Assembly: GCA_046583315.1 (NCBI GenBank)
Contig: JAYGCN010000052.1
Location: 1 to 64,000 of the forward strand
Length of the DNA stretch: 64,000 nucleotides
From: Candidatus Hydrogenedentota bacterium
Lineage (GTDB): Bacteria > Hydrogenedentota > Hydrogenedentia > Hydrogenedentales > GCA-2746185
Direction of reading: 5' to 3'
Positions 18,652 to 28,162 of the stretch are shown piece after piece; position 1 is the stretch's first letter; each line of letters opens with the position of its first letter. Below the pieces are notes generated by a model, which was not told the DNA's origin, searched no databases, and was given only the letters and a program-made list of their open reading frames with translations. Made by a program: the position numbers and the translations under genes.

Positions 18652-21600
18652 AACGTTCACTTCCCGAACTCGCACTGAAACGCCCGGTAACGGTGATGAT
18701 GTTGTTAATCACGGTTATGAGCTTTGGGCTCATCGCGGCAATGCGTACGCCGGTTGAGTTTATGCCACCGATGGATTTGCCTTTCCTGGGAGCGTACATC
18801 CCGTATCCAGGCGCCACGCCGGCACAGACCGAACAGGAAATTGCGATTCCGGCTGAGGGCGAATTCCGCACCCTTCCGAATCTGCGCCAGATGTACAGCA
18901 ATTCGAGTTCGGATGGATGTTTCGTGAGCCTGGAATTCGAGATGGGTACTGAAATGAACACGGCACTCGCCGAAGTGCGTGATCGCATGGAACGGTTGCG
19001 CCTCGTGTTACCCGACGAAGTCGATAATATCTACATACGTCATTTCAAACTTGAATCGTTGCCGGTAATGCAGTTTGTCTTGAGTAGCGACCAGGACTAC
19101 GACGATTTTGCGGTCAAAGTGGACTCCGATATTCTTCCGAAACTGCAACGAATCGACGGGGTCGCCGAGATTCAGGTGTATGGGTGGCGGCAACAGGATG
19201 TGACGGTCGATATCGATCAGCAGGCGCTGTTGTCGCGAAATATCTCGCTATACGACGTGATCGCAACGCTTAGCACCGGGAATGTAGATGTAGGCCTCGG
19301 GCAGATGAGCGATGGCGACACGAAATACATGTTGCGGGCCGAAAGCAAGTTGAAAACGCTCGCCGACTATACAGTTCTCCCTGTGGGTAACGGTGTGCAC
19401 CTCGGCGAAATCGCGAAAGGCAACTTCAAGGCCGAAGAACGCGAGAATCATTTCTCTATCGACGGCGAACGCCAAATTTTTATGATTGTTACGAAGGAAG
19501 CCGAGGCCAATACGGCGGCGACGTGCAAGGCGGTCATGGATGCGCTTGATGAAATCATGGCCCAGCCTGCGAACGCCGGCATGCAACGCTTTGTCTTTTT
19601 CAATCAAGGCGACATCATCACGGGCGCCTTAAACGGATTGAAAAAGGCCTCCATTTACGGCGGCATCATGGCGTTGATGGTGTTGTTCCTGTTTCTGCGC
19701 CGACTGCGTCCCACCATCATCGTGGCGTTGGCCATTCCTGGTTCGCTCGTTGCGGCATTCGTATTCCTGCTGGCGGCAGACATGACCTTGAACATCATCA
19801 CGATGATGTCGCTTATTATTGCCGTGGGTATGGTCGTCGATAACGCGATCGTCGTCATCGAGAATATCCACCGCTATCAGGCGATGGGCCACGATCAGGT
19901 TTCGGCTGCCAAAGAAGGCGCGTCCGAAGTGTCCCTCGCCATTGTCGCCGCCACCTGCACCACTGCTGTGGTATTCATCCCTGTTTTTTATATCGACGGC
20001 GGGCAGATGTCCACCTTTATGCGTCATTTTGCAATTCCGGTCACCGTCGCGCTCGGAGCCAGTTTACTGCTGGCCCTCACGGTGATCCCGCTTGCGGTGA
20101 GTCGATTGAAAAACGACGGGAATTCTCCCATGGATCGATTACGTCGTTTCAGCAAGGACAGGAAAGAAGGCGCTGCGCCCTCGAAACTCCGCTTCATCAA
20201 TCCGGTGTTCCTATTCAGAACGGGATACGAGTTCTTGCTCTACAACGGCATGAAACATCGCCTCGTCTCGGTCATCGTGTTGGGACTGTTCGTTTTCCTG
20301 ACGGTGCAGGTGCCGATGAAAAAGATGCAGTTCCAGCAATTGCCGACCACGGATGGGCGCTCGATATCGATCAGTCTCGATTTCGATGTGAACTACGACA
20401 TGGCGAAGGCCGATGAAGTGTTTGAGTCCGTCGAGGCGGCGATCAAACCCTATCACGATGCAATTGGTGTCAAAAACGTGTTTAAGGATTACTCAGCGCG
20501 CGGCGGGGATCTCCGGTACTTCCTGTTGAAAGATGACGATATGAGTTCCACCTTCGAGGCCTTTCCCTACTCGACCGAGGAAGTGTTGAATATCATTTGG
20601 TACCTCTTGCCCGAGAACGCGCCCGGCGTGGAGATTTCCGTATCCACCGACGGCAGTGAACGCGGGGGCGGGGGATCCAAGCAGAGTCGCATCTCGGTGC
20701 GCATGGAAGGCGACGATACGCTGGTGTTGGATGGCTATGCGAAACGCTACCAGGAAATGCTCGAAGATCTGCCGGGTATCACGAGTACGCGTATCAGCAG
20801 TCAGCGCGCCGAGCAGGAAATTCAGTTGGATATTGACGAGGAGCTGGCGGGTTACATGGGAATCGAACCCATGATGATCGCGCAGACGGTCGCGTTTGCC
20901 TTGCGCGGCACCCAGCTCTCCAAAATGCAGCAAGGCGCACGCGAGATTACCGTGTGGGCGCAGTTCGAAGCAGAAGATCGACGGAATCAGAATAATCTCG
21001 ACAACATTATGATGGCCGGCAGAAACGGGTCGCTGGTGACGCTGAATCAGCTCGTGAAGAAACGAAAAGCGACTACACCGCGCACCATTCAACGCCGCAA
21101 CGGGAAAAACTTCGTGTGGATTACCGGGAACGTCGCCGGAAAAGACATGGGGGAGATTCGCGGCACGCTGGCCGATATCAATGCCGGTTTCGCGATGCCA
21201 ACAGGATACAGCGTGGCGATGGGCGATGAATTGCAGGGCATCCAGGAAGATCAGAGCAACTTTATCTCGCTGCTCATCATGGCCGTGCTCTTGATATTCA
21301 TCGTGATGAGTGCGCTCTTTGAATCCTGCCTGCTTCCACTGTCCATCCTGACCACCGTGCCGCTAGCCTTCCTCGGTGTCGCCTGGATCATGTACATCAC
21401 CGGCACGCCCATGGACACCATCGCCTTCATCGGCTGCATCATCATGGTCGGCGTCGTAGTGAACAACGGCATCGTCATCGTGGACCACATCAATCAGCTC
21501 CGCAAACAGGGTTTAAGCCGCCACGAAGCCATCATTCAAGGCGGCAAAAACCGATTGCGACCCGTGCTGATGACCGCACTCACCACCATCCTCGGCGCGA

Positions 21601-21785
21601 TACCCCTAGCCATCGGCGGACGCATCGGAGAACCCGCCACCGTCAGCCTCGGCATGTCCATGATAGGCGGCCTCACCGCAGGCACCTTCCTCACCCTCTT
21701 CGTCGTGCCCCTCTTCTACTCCTTCATCGACGATCTACAAGAATGGCTCAAACGCTTCTACGTCGAGCTCGGGCTGGTGCGCTGA
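18648..21785 (+). CDS. RND efflux permease subunit 2
   Basis: ALKRPVT, GMVVDNAIVVIE, RLRPVLMTALTT; ATGA overlap with subunit 1. Confidence 0.92.
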   Translation: MKRSLPELALKRPVTVMMLLITVMSFGLIAAMRTPVEFMPPMDLPFLGAYIPYPGATPAQTEQEIAIPAEGEFRTLPNLRQMYSNSSSDGCFVSLEFEMGTEMNTALAEVRDRMERLRLVLPDEVDNIYIRHFKLESLPVMQFVLSSDQDYDDFAVKVDSDILPKLQRIDGVAEIQVYGWRQQDVTVDIDQQALLSRNISLYDVIATLSTGNVDVGLGQMSDGDTKYMLRAESKLKTLADYTVLPVGNGVHLGEIAKGNFKAEERENHFSIDGERQIFMIVTKEAEANTAATCKAVMDALDEIMAQPANAGMQRFVFFNQGDIITGALNGLKKASIYGGIMALMVLFLFLRRLRPTIIVALAIPGSLVAAFVFLLAADMTLNIITMMSLIIAVGMVVDNAIVVIENIHRYQAMGHDQVSAAKEGASEVSLAIVAATCTTAVVFIPVFYIDGGQMSTFMRHFAIPVTVALGASLLLALTVIPLAVSRLKNDGNSPMDRLRRFSKDRKEGAAPSKLRFINPVFLFRTGYEFLLYNGMKHRLVSVIVLGLFVFLTVQVPMKKMQFQQLPTTDGRSISISLDFDVNYDMAKADEVFESVEAAIKPYHDAIGVKNVFKDYSARGGDLRYFLLKDDDMSSTFEAFPYSTEEVLNIIWYLLPENAPGVEISVSTDGSERGGGGSKQSRISVRMEGDDTLVLDGYAKRYQEMLEDLPGITSTRISSQRAEQEIQLDIDEELAGYMGIEPMMIAQTVAFALRGTQLSKMQQGAREITVWAQFEAEDRRNQNNLDNIMMAGRNGSLVTLNQLVKKRKATTPRTIQRRNGKNFVWITGNVAGKDMGEIRGTLADINAGFAMPTGYSVAMGDELQGIQEDQSNFISLLIMAVLLIFIVMSALFESCLLPLSILTTVPLAFLGVAWIMYITGTPMDTIAFIGCIIMVGVVVNNGIVIVDHINQLRKQGLSRHEAIIQGGKNRLRPVLMTALTTILGAIPLAIGGRIGEPATVSLGMSMIGGLTAGTFLTLFVVPLFYSFIDDLQEWLKRFYVELGLVR

Positions 21786-21921
21786 AAGTGATCATAGGCC
21801 GGGATGAACACCCGAATTCTCTTGAATGACGCTCAATTGCGGCGCGATACGGGTTTATGGTAGGATATGGCCCCTGAATTTCCCTGTAAACCAGTGTATT
21901 TAGACGAATGAGGTGTGTGCA

Positions 21922-22710
21922 GTGCGAGTCCCGATAATAGCCGGAAATTGGAAGATGAATAACCTGACCAGCGATGCTGTCGCGTTGGCTGAAGCCCTGA
22001 AAGCGGGTCTTGGCGATGTGGAAGGCGTTGAAGTGGTCGTATCTCCCGTGGCGACGGTACTTTCGGCGGTCAGCAAGGCTGTGGTCGGATCGCGCATTGA
22101 CGTGTCCGGACAGAATTGCTACCATCAGGAAAGCGGCGCGTATACCGGAGAACTCTCGCCGCAGATGCTGCAGGATGCCGGGTGTACCTGGACCATTATC
22201 GGGCACAGCGAGCGCCGTCAGATTTTTGGCGAGTCGGATTCGTTGCTGAATGAGAAGACGAAATTCGCGCTGGCTTCGGGCCTCAAGGTGATGTTCTGCA
22301 TCGGCGAAACGCTTGAGGAACGCGAAGGCGGCAAGCTGGAAGCCGTATTGACCCATCACATTGTAGACGGGCTTGCAGGATTGACCGAGAGTGATTTTGA
22401 AAACGTCGTCGTCGCTTATGAACCCATCTGGGCCATTGGTACGGGAGTGGTTGCGACACCTGAGCAGGCGGAAGAGGCCCACGCTTTCGTGCGCAACGTC
22501 GTAAAAGAAAATTTTGGTACACCCGTAGCCGATGCGCTGCGCATACAATACGGTGGCAGTGTAAAGCCGGATAACGCCGAAGAATTGCTGGGCCAGCCCA
22601 ATGTGGATGGCGCGCTGGTCGGCGGTGCTGCGTTGGAAGCGGCCAGTTTTGAAGCCATTGTTCGTGCGGCGATAGCGGTAAATTTAGTTTCCCAAGGAGA
22701 TAGGACTTAA
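21922..22710 (+). CDS. tpiA: Triosephosphate isomerase
   Basis: IAGNWKMN, IGHSERR, AYEPIWAIGTG, YGGSVKP. Confidence 0.97.
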   Translation: MRVPIIAGNWKMNNLTSDAVALAEALKAGLGDVEGVEVVVSPVATVLSAVSKAVVGSRIDVSGQNCYHQESGAYTGELSPQMLQDAGCTWTIIGHSERRQIFGESDSLLNEKTKFALASGLKVMFCIGETLEEREGGKLEAVLTHHIVDGLAGLTESDFENVVVAYEPIWAIGTGVVATPEQAEEAHAFVRNVVKENFGTPVADALRIQYGGSVKPDNAEELLGQPNVDGALVGGAALEAASFEAIVRAAIAVNLVSQGDRT

Positions 22711-22711
22711 C

Positions 22712-23263
22712 ATGTTAGACGCAATTTTTAGCTGGAACACACTGTGGTGGATGCTGATGTTTATCTATGTGCCCGCGTGCATCGGATTGATCGGAATCGT
22801 ACTGTTGCAACAAGGTAAAGGTACGGGATTCGGCGGCGCATTCGGTGCTGGTGCAGGCCCGGGCGCTGACACCGTCTTTGGACCCAAAGGCGCGCAGACC
22901 ATGCCCGTGAAACTCACCTACGTGGGCGCAACGATCTTCATGGTGGTGGCCATCGTCATGTCCCTGTTGGCTGGCCGACTCAACAAAGGCGACGCACCCG
23001 AACTCATCGATGGTGTGGCCGAGTTTACCGCGATTGACGGATCGAACGCCGACATCGACGGCATGGGCTGGGGATCCGGTGTCGTGAATCCGGACGCGCA
23101 TAATGGCGCAGCCGCAGTACCAATAAGTGTCGTGATAGATTCAACGGAACCAACGGACGCCGCTACGGATGAAGAAGAAGCAACCGACGAGGCACCTGTG
23201 AGCGACGAATCATCCACGGATGATGCGGCACCGATCGAAGATGGCCCGGAAACGGACAATTAG
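22712..23263 (+). CDS. secG: Preprotein translocase subunit SecG with acidic tail
   Basis: IVLLQQGKGTGFGGAFG, two TM helices, conserved tpiA-secG synteny. Confidence 0.9.
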   Translation: MLDAIFSWNTLWWMLMFIYVPACIGLIGIVLLQQGKGTGFGGAFGAGAGPGADTVFGPKGAQTMPVKLTYVGATIFMVVAIVMSLLAGRLNKGDAPELIDGVAEFTAIDGSNADIDGMGWGSGVVNPDAHNGAAAVPISVVIDSTEPTDAATDEEEATDEAPVSDESSTDDAAPIEDGPETDN

Positions 23264-23350
23264 TCCCTCTCCACATTGATTTTTCAGGTCCAAAGCCTTT
23301 AAGGTGCTTTGGACTTTTTTTTTGAACAGTTGGGGCGGGGATTTCAGAAT

Positions 23351-24604
23351 ATGGATAAGATTCAAGTACGCGGCGGGAATGCCCTGAAGGGGACAGTAAA
23401 CATACGCGGTGCCAAGAATGCGGCATTACCGCTGATGGCGGCGGTATTGCAGGCGGAAGGGCCGTGTACGCTGCACAACATGCCATGCCTTCACGATATC
23501 TTTTCGATGGACAAGGTCTTGACCGCCATGGGGGTCGGCATCGACTTCACCGGGCAGACCATGATTCTCGATCCCACGAGTGTGCATACTCGGACTGCGC
23601 ATTATGACCTCGTACGCAAATTGCGCGCCTCGTTTTTCGTATTGGGACCGCTCTGGGGACGTTTCGGCGAGGCAAAGGTCTCGCTGCCGGGCGGTTGTGC
23701 CATTGGAACACGCCCCGTAGACATTCACCTCAAAGGATTGGAAGCCCTTGGCGCAAAAATACGCATAGAAGATGGGTATGTGTTGGCGGACGGTCAACCC
23801 ACCGGCGCGAATGTGTCCCTGGACTTCCCAAGCGTGGGGGCAACGGAAAATTTAATTATGGCGGCCTGTCGCGCAAAAGGTGGTACGCGTCTGTCGAATG
23901 TGGCCCGTGAACCGGAAATTGTTGACCTCGCGAACTTTCTGAATGGTATGGGCGCGAAAATTGTAGGGGCCGGCACGGATGTCATCGAAATTGAAGGTGT
24001 GGATTCGTTGCAGGGCACTACGCACGATGTCGTAGCGGATCGCATTGAAGCGGGAACGTTTCTGATCGCAGGTATCGCTACGGGCGGCGAGGTCACCGTC
24101 AATCAGACGCAACCGGAATTGTTGGCCAACTTCCTGGAAAAATTGGAAGAGATGGGCGCTAAGGTAGAACGCAACGAAAATTCGATTACCGCCTCGGCTT
24201 CAAACGGGATTCAAGCAGCGGATGTGAACACGCAGCCGTTTCCGGGATATCCGACTGACCTCCAGGCGCAAATCATGACGCTGATGTGCGTTGCGGAAGG
24301 CACGAGCGTAATAAAAGAGACGGTATTCGAAAATCGGTTCATGCAGGTCGCGGAACTCTGCCGCATGGGCGCGAATATCGAAGTGGACGGCAACAAGGCC
24401 ATCGTGCGCGGCGTGAAGGAATTGTCCGGTGCGCAGGTCATGGCCTCCGATTTACGTGCCAGTGCCGCGCTGGTGATCGCCGGCCTGATGACCACGAAAG
24501 GAATGACCGATATTTCGCGGGTCTACCACATCGACCGTGGATATGAACGCATTGAAGAGCGTCTGGCTAGCCTGGGCGCAGACATCGAACGAGTACGAGA
24601 GTAA
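23351..24604 (+). CDS. murA: UDP-N-acetylglucosamine 1-carboxyvinyltransferase
   Basis: GAKNAALP, LPGGCAIGTRP (active-site Cys), SVGATEN, DLRASA. Confidence 0.97.
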   Translation: MDKIQVRGGNALKGTVNIRGAKNAALPLMAAVLQAEGPCTLHNMPCLHDIFSMDKVLTAMGVGIDFTGQTMILDPTSVHTRTAHYDLVRKLRASFFVLGPLWGRFGEAKVSLPGGCAIGTRPVDIHLKGLEALGAKIRIEDGYVLADGQPTGANVSLDFPSVGATENLIMAACRAKGGTRLSNVAREPEIVDLANFLNGMGAKIVGAGTDVIEIEGVDSLQGTTHDVVADRIEAGTFLIAGIATGGEVTVNQTQPELLANFLEKLEEMGAKVERNENSITASASNGIQAADVNTQPFPGYPTDLQAQIMTLMCVAEGTSVIKETVFENRFMQVAELCRMGANIEVDGNKAIVRGVKELSGAQVMASDLRASAALVIAGLMTTKGMTDISRVYHIDRGYERIEERLASLGADIERVRE

Positions 24605-24647
24605 GGTCCTGCCGGACGGTATATTAGAAAAGAGCATCAGGAAAATG

Positions 24648-25961
24648 ATGGATATTGTAAAGATTCAGAGCGACGGGGACTATCAAGTTGTCGTGGACTC
24701 CATCTGTTCGCCGGAAGACACCTCCATCTCCGAACAGATTCACGCCGAAAAAGCAGAGGCCACCAAGGCCATTGTGCAGGCGGTGCGTGAACGTGGGGAT
24801 AAAGCGCTCGCTGAGTTCTGTGAAAGGTTTGATGGCGCTACGCTGACTCCTGATCAATTTGAAGTGACTCAAGATGAAATTGACGCCGCCTTCAACGAAG
24901 TAGATTCGGGTCTTATCGCGTCCCTGGAAAAAGCCCATGCGAATATCGAGTTTTATCACAAGAAAAATCTGCGTCAATCCTGGGAAGAAACCCTAGAAGA
25001 TGGCTCCACCATCGGACAACGCGTTACGCCCATCGAAAAAGTGGGGGTTTATGTTCCGGGCGGCACGGCTTTTTATCCGTCATCCGTACTCATGAACATC
25101 GTGCCCGCAAAAGTCGCGGGTGTGAAAGAGATTATCATGGTGTCGCCGCCATCGTATAACGGAACGATTCACCCGATCGTGTTGGCCGCCGCGAAGATTG
25201 CCGGAGCCGACCGCGTATTCAGAATCGGTGGTGCGCAAGCCATCGCCGCGTTGGCCTACGGAACAGAAACGATTCCTCAGGTGCTTAAAATCACGGGACC
25301 GGGTAACACCTTTGTGACCGTCGCGAAAAGTCTCGTGCGCAGCATTTGCGATATTGATACTGAGGCGGGGCCGTCGGAAGTTACGGTAATCGCCGATTCC
25401 AGCGCAAATCCCCGCTACATCGCCGGAGAAATGATGGCGCAGGCCGAACACGACGTCGAAGCGGCGAGTGTTCTCATCACGACGGACCCATCACACGTCG
25501 AATCGGTCCCCGCGGCGATTAATAACGAACTGAAAACGCTGAGTCGTTCGGAAATCATCACGACCTCGCTGACTAACAACGGTCGCATCATCGTCGCACG
25601 CGATTTGGATGAAGCGACGGCTCTTTCGAATCTGATCGGCCCTGAACACCTCGCTATTTACACAGAAAATCCGCGGGCCGTGCTTAAAAATATCGCTGCC
25701 GCCGGATCCATCATGCTCGGCAACAACACGACCGTCGTCTGGGGCGATTACATCGCCGGACCCAACCACATTTTGCCCACGGGACGTCGTGCGCGCTTTG
25801 CATCGCCATTGACAGCCGAAGATTTTCGTAAGGTGTCCAGCGTAATCGAATTCTCCGACGAACGCGTACAAACACTCGGACAAGACGTAATCGACATCGC
25901 CACTGTTGAACAGCTGACAGCGCACGCGCGCGCGATCGAAATGCGGCAGAAGAATTCATGA
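24648..25961 (+). CDS. hisD: Histidinol dehydrogenase
   Basis: GVYVPGG, GGAQAIAALAYG, AGPSE, AQAEHD, PEHL, DYIAGPNHILPT. Confidence 0.95.
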   Translation: MDIVKIQSDGDYQVVVDSICSPEDTSISEQIHAEKAEATKAIVQAVRERGDKALAEFCERFDGATLTPDQFEVTQDEIDAAFNEVDSGLIASLEKAHANIEFYHKKNLRQSWEETLEDGSTIGQRVTPIEKVGVYVPGGTAFYPSSVLMNIVPAKVAGVKEIIMVSPPSYNGTIHPIVLAAAKIAGADRVFRIGGAQAIAALAYGTETIPQVLKITGPGNTFVTVAKSLVRSICDIDTEAGPSEVTVIADSSANPRYIAGEMMAQAEHDVEAASVLITTDPSHVESVPAAINNELKTLSRSEIITTSLTNNGRIIVARDLDEATALSNLIGPEHLAIYTENPRAVLKNIAAAGSIMLGNNTTVVWGDYIAGPNHILPTGRRARFASPLTAEDFRKVSSVIEFSDERVQTLGQDVIDIATVEQLTAHARAIEMRQKNS

Positions 25962-27013
25962 GATTCCAACGTGACATACTCAAAAATGTGGAAGGCTACG
26001 TACCGGGCGAGCAGTTGAATCGTTCCGACATCATCAAGCTGAACACGAATGAGAACCCGTATCCGCCGTCACCGAAAGCGGGGGAGGCGATTCGCGCGAT
26101 CACGGATGATGAAATCCGAAAATATCCCGATCCGATGTCGGTGGAGCTGCGCCGTGCCTGCGCGGAACAGTATGGATATGCCGACGAGTCCTGGACGATG
26201 GTTGGCAACGGCATGGACGAATTGCTCGCGATGACCATCCGCACCTTCGTCGATCCCGACCAGAAGATCGCTTCCGTGGACCCGACCTATTCGCTTTACG
26301 AAATACTTGTTGGCCTGCACGGCTCCGAGTACGTAACTTACGACCTCAACGAGGACTACACGCTGCCCGAGGCACTCTTTACCAGCGACGCGGCCCTGTG
26401 TTTCATTCCGCGACCCAATGCGCCGACCGGTGTGTCCGTATCCCGAGAAGAAATGGAGCGGCTCTGTCAGGAATTCAAGGGCATCGTGTACATCGACGAA
26501 GCCTACGCCGATTTCGCGGACGATTCCTGCATGGATTTCCCCTCGCGATTCGATAACGTCATCGTCGGGCGCACCTTCTCGAAATCCTTCGCGTTATGCG
26601 GATGCCGCGTCGGACTCGCCGTCGCGAACCCCGCCATTATCAACGAATTCTGCAAAACCAAAGACTCCTACAACATGAACGCCGTGTCCCAGGCCGCCGG
26701 TCTCGCCGCCATCCAGGACTACGCCTACATGGAAGCCCAGGCCGAAAAAATAAAGGCCACCCGCGCACGCCTCACCCAAGAACTCCGCAACCTCGGCTTC
26801 ACCATGCCCGATTCACAAGCCAACTTCCTGCTCGCGCAGTGGTCCGGCACTCCCGACGCCAAAATCATCTTTGAAAACCTCCGCGAAAAAGGAATCCTCG
26901 TCCGCTACTTCGGTAACCTGCCAGGCATGGGGGATAAGTTGCGGATTTCGGTTGGGACCGATGAGGAGACGGACGCGCTTTTGGAAGCATTGGCAAAGAT
27001 GATGGGGGATTGA
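25958..27013 (+). CDS. hisC: Histidinol-phosphate aminotransferase
   Basis: KLNTNENPY, GNGMDE, PNAPTG, IDEAY, RTFSKSF (PLP lysine). Confidence 0.95.
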   Translation: MRFQRDILKNVEGYVPGEQLNRSDIIKLNTNENPYPPSPKAGEAIRAITDDEIRKYPDPMSVELRRACAEQYGYADESWTMVGNGMDELLAMTIRTFVDPDQKIASVDPTYSLYEILVGLHGSEYVTYDLNEDYTLPEALFTSDAALCFIPRPNAPTGVSVSREEMERLCQEFKGIVYIDEAYADFADDSCMDFPSRFDNVIVGRTFSKSFALCGCRVGLAVANPAIINEFCKTKDSYNMNAVSQAAGLAAIQDYAYMEAQAEKIKATRARLTQELRNLGFTMPDSQANFLLAQWSGTPDAKIIFENLREKGILVRYFGNLPGMGDKLRISVGTDEETDALLEALAKMMGD

Positions 27014-27016
27014 TTC

Positions 27017-28081
27017 ATGTTATTTGAAATCAACGAGAAGAATGGCTTGGAGCCGGTTACTGAGACGTGGAGTGTCCAGGAACTTCAACTTGAAGAATAT
27101 GTTCTTGGCAGCCAGGAGGATGGTGTCCTTTCGCTTAATTACAGCGTGTTCAACGAGGAACTTCTATTCATTGACAACCAGACAAAGACCAAAAAGAATA
27201 AGCGCGCGGACATTCTGGCCATCGACAAACAGGGAAACGCAGTAATTATAGAATTAAAGAAAGATCGTGGTGCATTGGGTGTAGAGACTCAGGCGCTTCA
27301 ATATCTTGCGGACTTTTCACGTTACAAAGGAGAGTCCTTTCTTAAGAAGTTTGCAAATAGACGGGTCTCAACGGATGATATTTTGGGTTTTCTGGGAGGT
27401 GATGTCCGGACCGAGGATATAAATCGAAACAGTCGAATTATTCTGGTGGCCAATCGATTCGACGGCACGCTCTTCTCGATGGGCGAATGGTTGTCATCCA
27501 AGGGAGTCGGGTTTCGCTGCATTTCTTTTCATCCTATTCAGGCGGGGAAAAGTAAGTACATTAGTTTTTCAATGACATTTGACAAATCCCCTGAGTTTAT
27601 CTATCCCTTGGAGTTTTCTTCAGCCACCCGCTCGCCAAAGATATTTTGGCACAATATTGGCGAGCCGCAGAAGCAATGGTGGTCGTATTTGAAAGAGCAC
27701 GGTGAGCTTTCCGCAAGCTTTCAGAATCAGGAAGGAGATCAGGGCGAGGCGATATTGAAAAACTATATGGTAGGAGATCGCGTGATTGCTTTTGCACGAG
27801 GTGTTGGCGCGATTGGATGGGGCGTTATCAGTCGAGAACCGAATTCGAGTTATAAACTGTATATACCGGGCCAGGAACAAGATGTTTTAAGAGGGCGTCA
27901 TCTTCATAGAATCAAGATTTCATGGAAAGACGTCGCGCCGACTCTGAGTGATGGTATGTCAGTGAAATTTGTACGTGACGAAATGGGTGTCCACCATCCA
28001 CGAAGTACTTCTGTGGGAATTGAAAATGCGAAAGGGGAAGTACTCATCTCCAAGCTCAAGGAGCAGTTCGGCACGCGATAA
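27017..28081 (+). CDS. NucS/DUF91-like PD-(D/E)xK endonuclease with C-terminal EVE/PUA-like domain
   Basis: RADILAID...IIELKK...QALQY nuclease motif; C-terminal VGDRVIAFARGVGAIGWGVI...HRIKISW; visibly AT-richer than its neighbours. Confidence 0.7.
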   Translation: MLFEINEKNGLEPVTETWSVQELQLEEYVLGSQEDGVLSLNYSVFNEELLFIDNQTKTKKNKRADILAIDKQGNAVIIELKKDRGALGVETQALQYLADFSRYKGESFLKKFANRRVSTDDILGFLGGDVRTEDINRNSRIILVANRFDGTLFSMGEWLSSKGVGFRCISFHPIQAGKSKYISFSMTFDKSPEFIYPLEFSSATRSPKIFWHNIGEPQKQWWSYLKEHGELSASFQNQEGDQGEAILKNYMVGDRVIAFARGVGAIGWGVISREPNSSYKLYIPGQEQDVLRGRHLHRIKISWKDVAPTLSDGMSVKFVRDEMGVHHPRSTSVGIENAKGEVLISKLKEQFGTR

Positions 28082-28162
28082 TTGGATGAATTCTGTATCG
28101 AATTGGCGTATCTCACTAGAATCTCGAAGAAATTAGTATGACTTGGGAAGAAAGGTTTCCAG

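Noticed and set aside
15457..18675. Minus-strand ORFs up to 366 aa within RND subunit 1
   Set aside because: Antisense shadows of a conserved gene.
23264..23350. tRNA-Leu, often found after secG
   Set aside because: No cloverleaf or TTCGA arm visible.
24605..24647. Missing hisG between murA and hisD
   Set aside because: No remnant in the short gap; dispersed his genes are common.
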